In this document: in pieces, positions 62,529 to 64,000 of the stretch
Layout: each line of letters begins with the position of its first letter
Numbering within the stretch: position 1 is the stretch's first letter
Source: Candidatus Eiseniibacteriota bacterium
GTDB lineage: Bacteria; Eisenbacteria; RBG-16-71-46
DNA length: 64,000 bases
Direction of reading: 5' to 3'
NCBI GenBank assembly: GCA_963707915.1
Contig: OY970178.1
Location: 3,264,001-3,328,000 of the forward strand
Notes under the pieces: model-generated
What the model saw: the letters and a program-made list of their open reading frames with translations, nothing else
What the model was told of the DNA's origin: nothing
The model's database searches: none
Translations under genes and position numbers: made by a program

Positions 62529-63244
62529 GTCGGGGGCGTGACTTCCCCGGCGGCCTTGAGGAGCAGGGCGCGGTCCCGGATGCCGATGCGGTCGCGGGCG
62601 AGGGTGACGATGCCGCGCTGGGCGAAATCGCGCAGCACCCGCGAGAGCGTTTCGGGCGTGGTGCCGATCATCCGCGCCATGTCCAGCCGGCGCAGGTGCT
62701 GCGACAACAGGACCGCGGGCTCGGCCGCGCGGCGGCCGTCCTCGAGCAGGATGAGCAGCAGGCGCGCCGCACGCTGGCGGACCGGGCGATGGAGGAGGTC
62801 CATCATCAGGTCCTCCGAGAGCCGCAGCTCGCGGGCCAGCTTCGCCAGCAGCTCGAGCGCCGCCGCGGGCTCGTCGCGCAGCAACTCGCGCACGGTCGCG
62901 GCGGGGATGATGCAGATCGTGGAGTCCTCGACGGCCTCGGCGCTGGCGACGTACGGCTCGTTCGCCAGTAGCGGGCGGTAGCCAATGAGCTCGCCCGGAC
63001 CCAGCAGGCGGAGGACCTGCTCCTGGCCGCCTCGCCCGGTGCGGAAGACCTTGACCCGGCCGGAGCGGACGACGTAGAGGGCGTGGGCCGGCGCGCCGGC
63101 GAAGAAGACCACCTGCCCGCGCCGGAAGAGGTGGGTGGCCTTGTCCCGCTCGACGCGGTCCTGGGTCCGGGGGCTCAAGCCGCAGATCAGGCCGGCAGAA
63201 CGCGTCTTGCAGACGGCGCAACGATCGGGGGAGGGCTTCACCAT
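62522..63244 (-). CDS. Crp/Fnr-family transcriptional regulator with N-terminal Cys cluster
   Basis: CAVC-x8-C, GRVKV, GELIG, STIC, HTH IGTTPETLSRVL. Confidence 0.92.
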   Translation of the reverse strand: MVKPSPDRCAVCKTRSAGLICGLSPRTQDRVERDKATHLFRRGQVVFFAGAPAHALYVVRSGRVKVFRTGRGGQEQVLRLLGPGELIGYRPLLANEPYVASAEAVEDSTICIIPAATVRELLRDEPAAALELLAKLARELRLSEDLMMDLLHRPVRQRAARLLLILLEDGRRAAEPAVLLSQHLRRLDMARMIGTTPETLSRVLRDFAQRGIVTLARDRIGIRDRALLLKAAGEVTPPTT

Positions 63245-63362
63245 CGCGGCGCAATGGTCCCAGATGCCGGCGCCGGGGCGCAAGGCGCGGCGCGGGGCGG
63301 CCCGGCGTGGGGGGCGCCCCGCCCGGTGGGCCGCGTGCCGGGCCCCGGTTCGCGCCAGCGGA

Positions 63363-63413
63363 CCATTCGTCGCCGCTCCGGCCCCATTCGTCCCCCCGCG
63401 GGGACCATTGGTC
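63363..63413 (+). promoter_or_regulatory. Three 9-bp direct repeats with 21-bp period (LytTR-like sites)
   Basis: CCATTCGTC at 63363 and 63384, CCATTGGTC at 63405. Confidence 0.6.
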
Positions 63414-63495
63414 GGTTCGCGATGGCAGTGCGTGCCCCGGGTGAGTCAGCGTGACGGGGTCCCGAGCAGGCCTCCCTCTCTCCGGAAGGACCGTC

Positions 63496-64000
63496 ATGAA
63501 GCCGACGACCGCCACCCTGATGTTCCTCGCGCTGGCCCGGGTCGCGGTCGCCGCGGGCCCGGCTCCTGGCGGCGCCGAGGTCCGCGCGGTCCGCGCGACT
63601 TCCCCCATCGCGATCGACGGCATCGCCTCCGAGAGCGCCTGGCGGTCGGCGCCCGTGGTCCCGGGGCTCCGCCAGCAGCGGCCCAACGAGGGCGCGGAGC
63701 CGACCCAGCGCACCGAGGTCCGCGTGCTCTACGACGACCAGGCGCTGTACGTGGCGGCGCGCATGTTCGACGCGCATCCCGACTCCATCGTCAGGACGCT
63801 GGCGCGGCGGGACTACGGCATGCGGTCGGACGTCTTCACGCTCTTCCTCGACCCGCAGCACGACCGCCGCAGCGGCTACTTCTTCGGGCTCAGCGCGGCC
63901 GGGACGCTCTACGACGGGACGCTGCAGAACGACGTCGAGCGCAGCTCGACCTGGGACGGCGTGTGGGAGGGCCGGGCGAAGGTCGACCGCGAGGGCTGGA
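63496..64000 (+). CDS. CBM9-like/DUF5916 protein (3'-partial)
   Basis: Signal peptide; IDG...ESAW, TEVRVLYDDQALYV, LARRD, DPQHDRRSGYFF, WDGVWE; runs off the window. Confidence 0.8.
   Translation, partial: MKPTTATLMFLALARVAVAAGPAPGGAEVRAVRATSPIAIDGIASESAWRSAPVVPGLRQQRPNEGAEPTQRTEVRVLYDDQALYVAARMFDAHPDSIVRTLARRDYGMRSDVFTLFLDPQHDRRSGYFFGLSAAGTLYDGTLQNDVERSSTWDGVWEGRAKVDREGW

Overview
High-GC bacterial chromosomal window. The gene mix (PorX-tsaE synteny, LptD, FlgD/T9SS-like C-termini, a C-terminal TWGxLKxxYR motif) suggests an FCB-associated lineage such as Ca. Eisenbacteria; this is an inference. Housekeeping blocks: serS-histidine kinase; porX-tsaE-tsaB/rimI-accD-folC-lptD; nagZ/ctpA; iscS-mnmA; tRNA-Ser/Ser/Arg-tadA. 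Accessory modules: a copper cluster (copA, a Cys-rich RAPP-ending leader, cusCBA-like RND genes, cupredoxin), an HNH-nuclease gene with structured flanks next to an IS481 element, an ABC-2 exporter, several large secreted proteins, decayed integrase/IS3/RuvC-like remnants around the tRNA cluster, and a Crp/Fnr regulator followed by a secreted protein, a di-heme peroxidase and a Cyc2-like cytochrome-porin. The strongest hidden signal is an in-frame UGA (26323-26325) in a C-G-U motif followed by a SECIS-like hairpin. Read through, it joins two separately called ORFs into a 474-aa exported selenoprotein: a degenerate UshA-like domain fused to a tetraheme cytochrome c. Other signals are a candidate 6S-like ncRNA, a class II FNR promoter and LytTR-type direct repeats. 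Roughly 17 single-base frameshifts, several at homopolymer runs, are most likely long-read assembly errors. All calls come from reading the sequence by eye; no searches were run.
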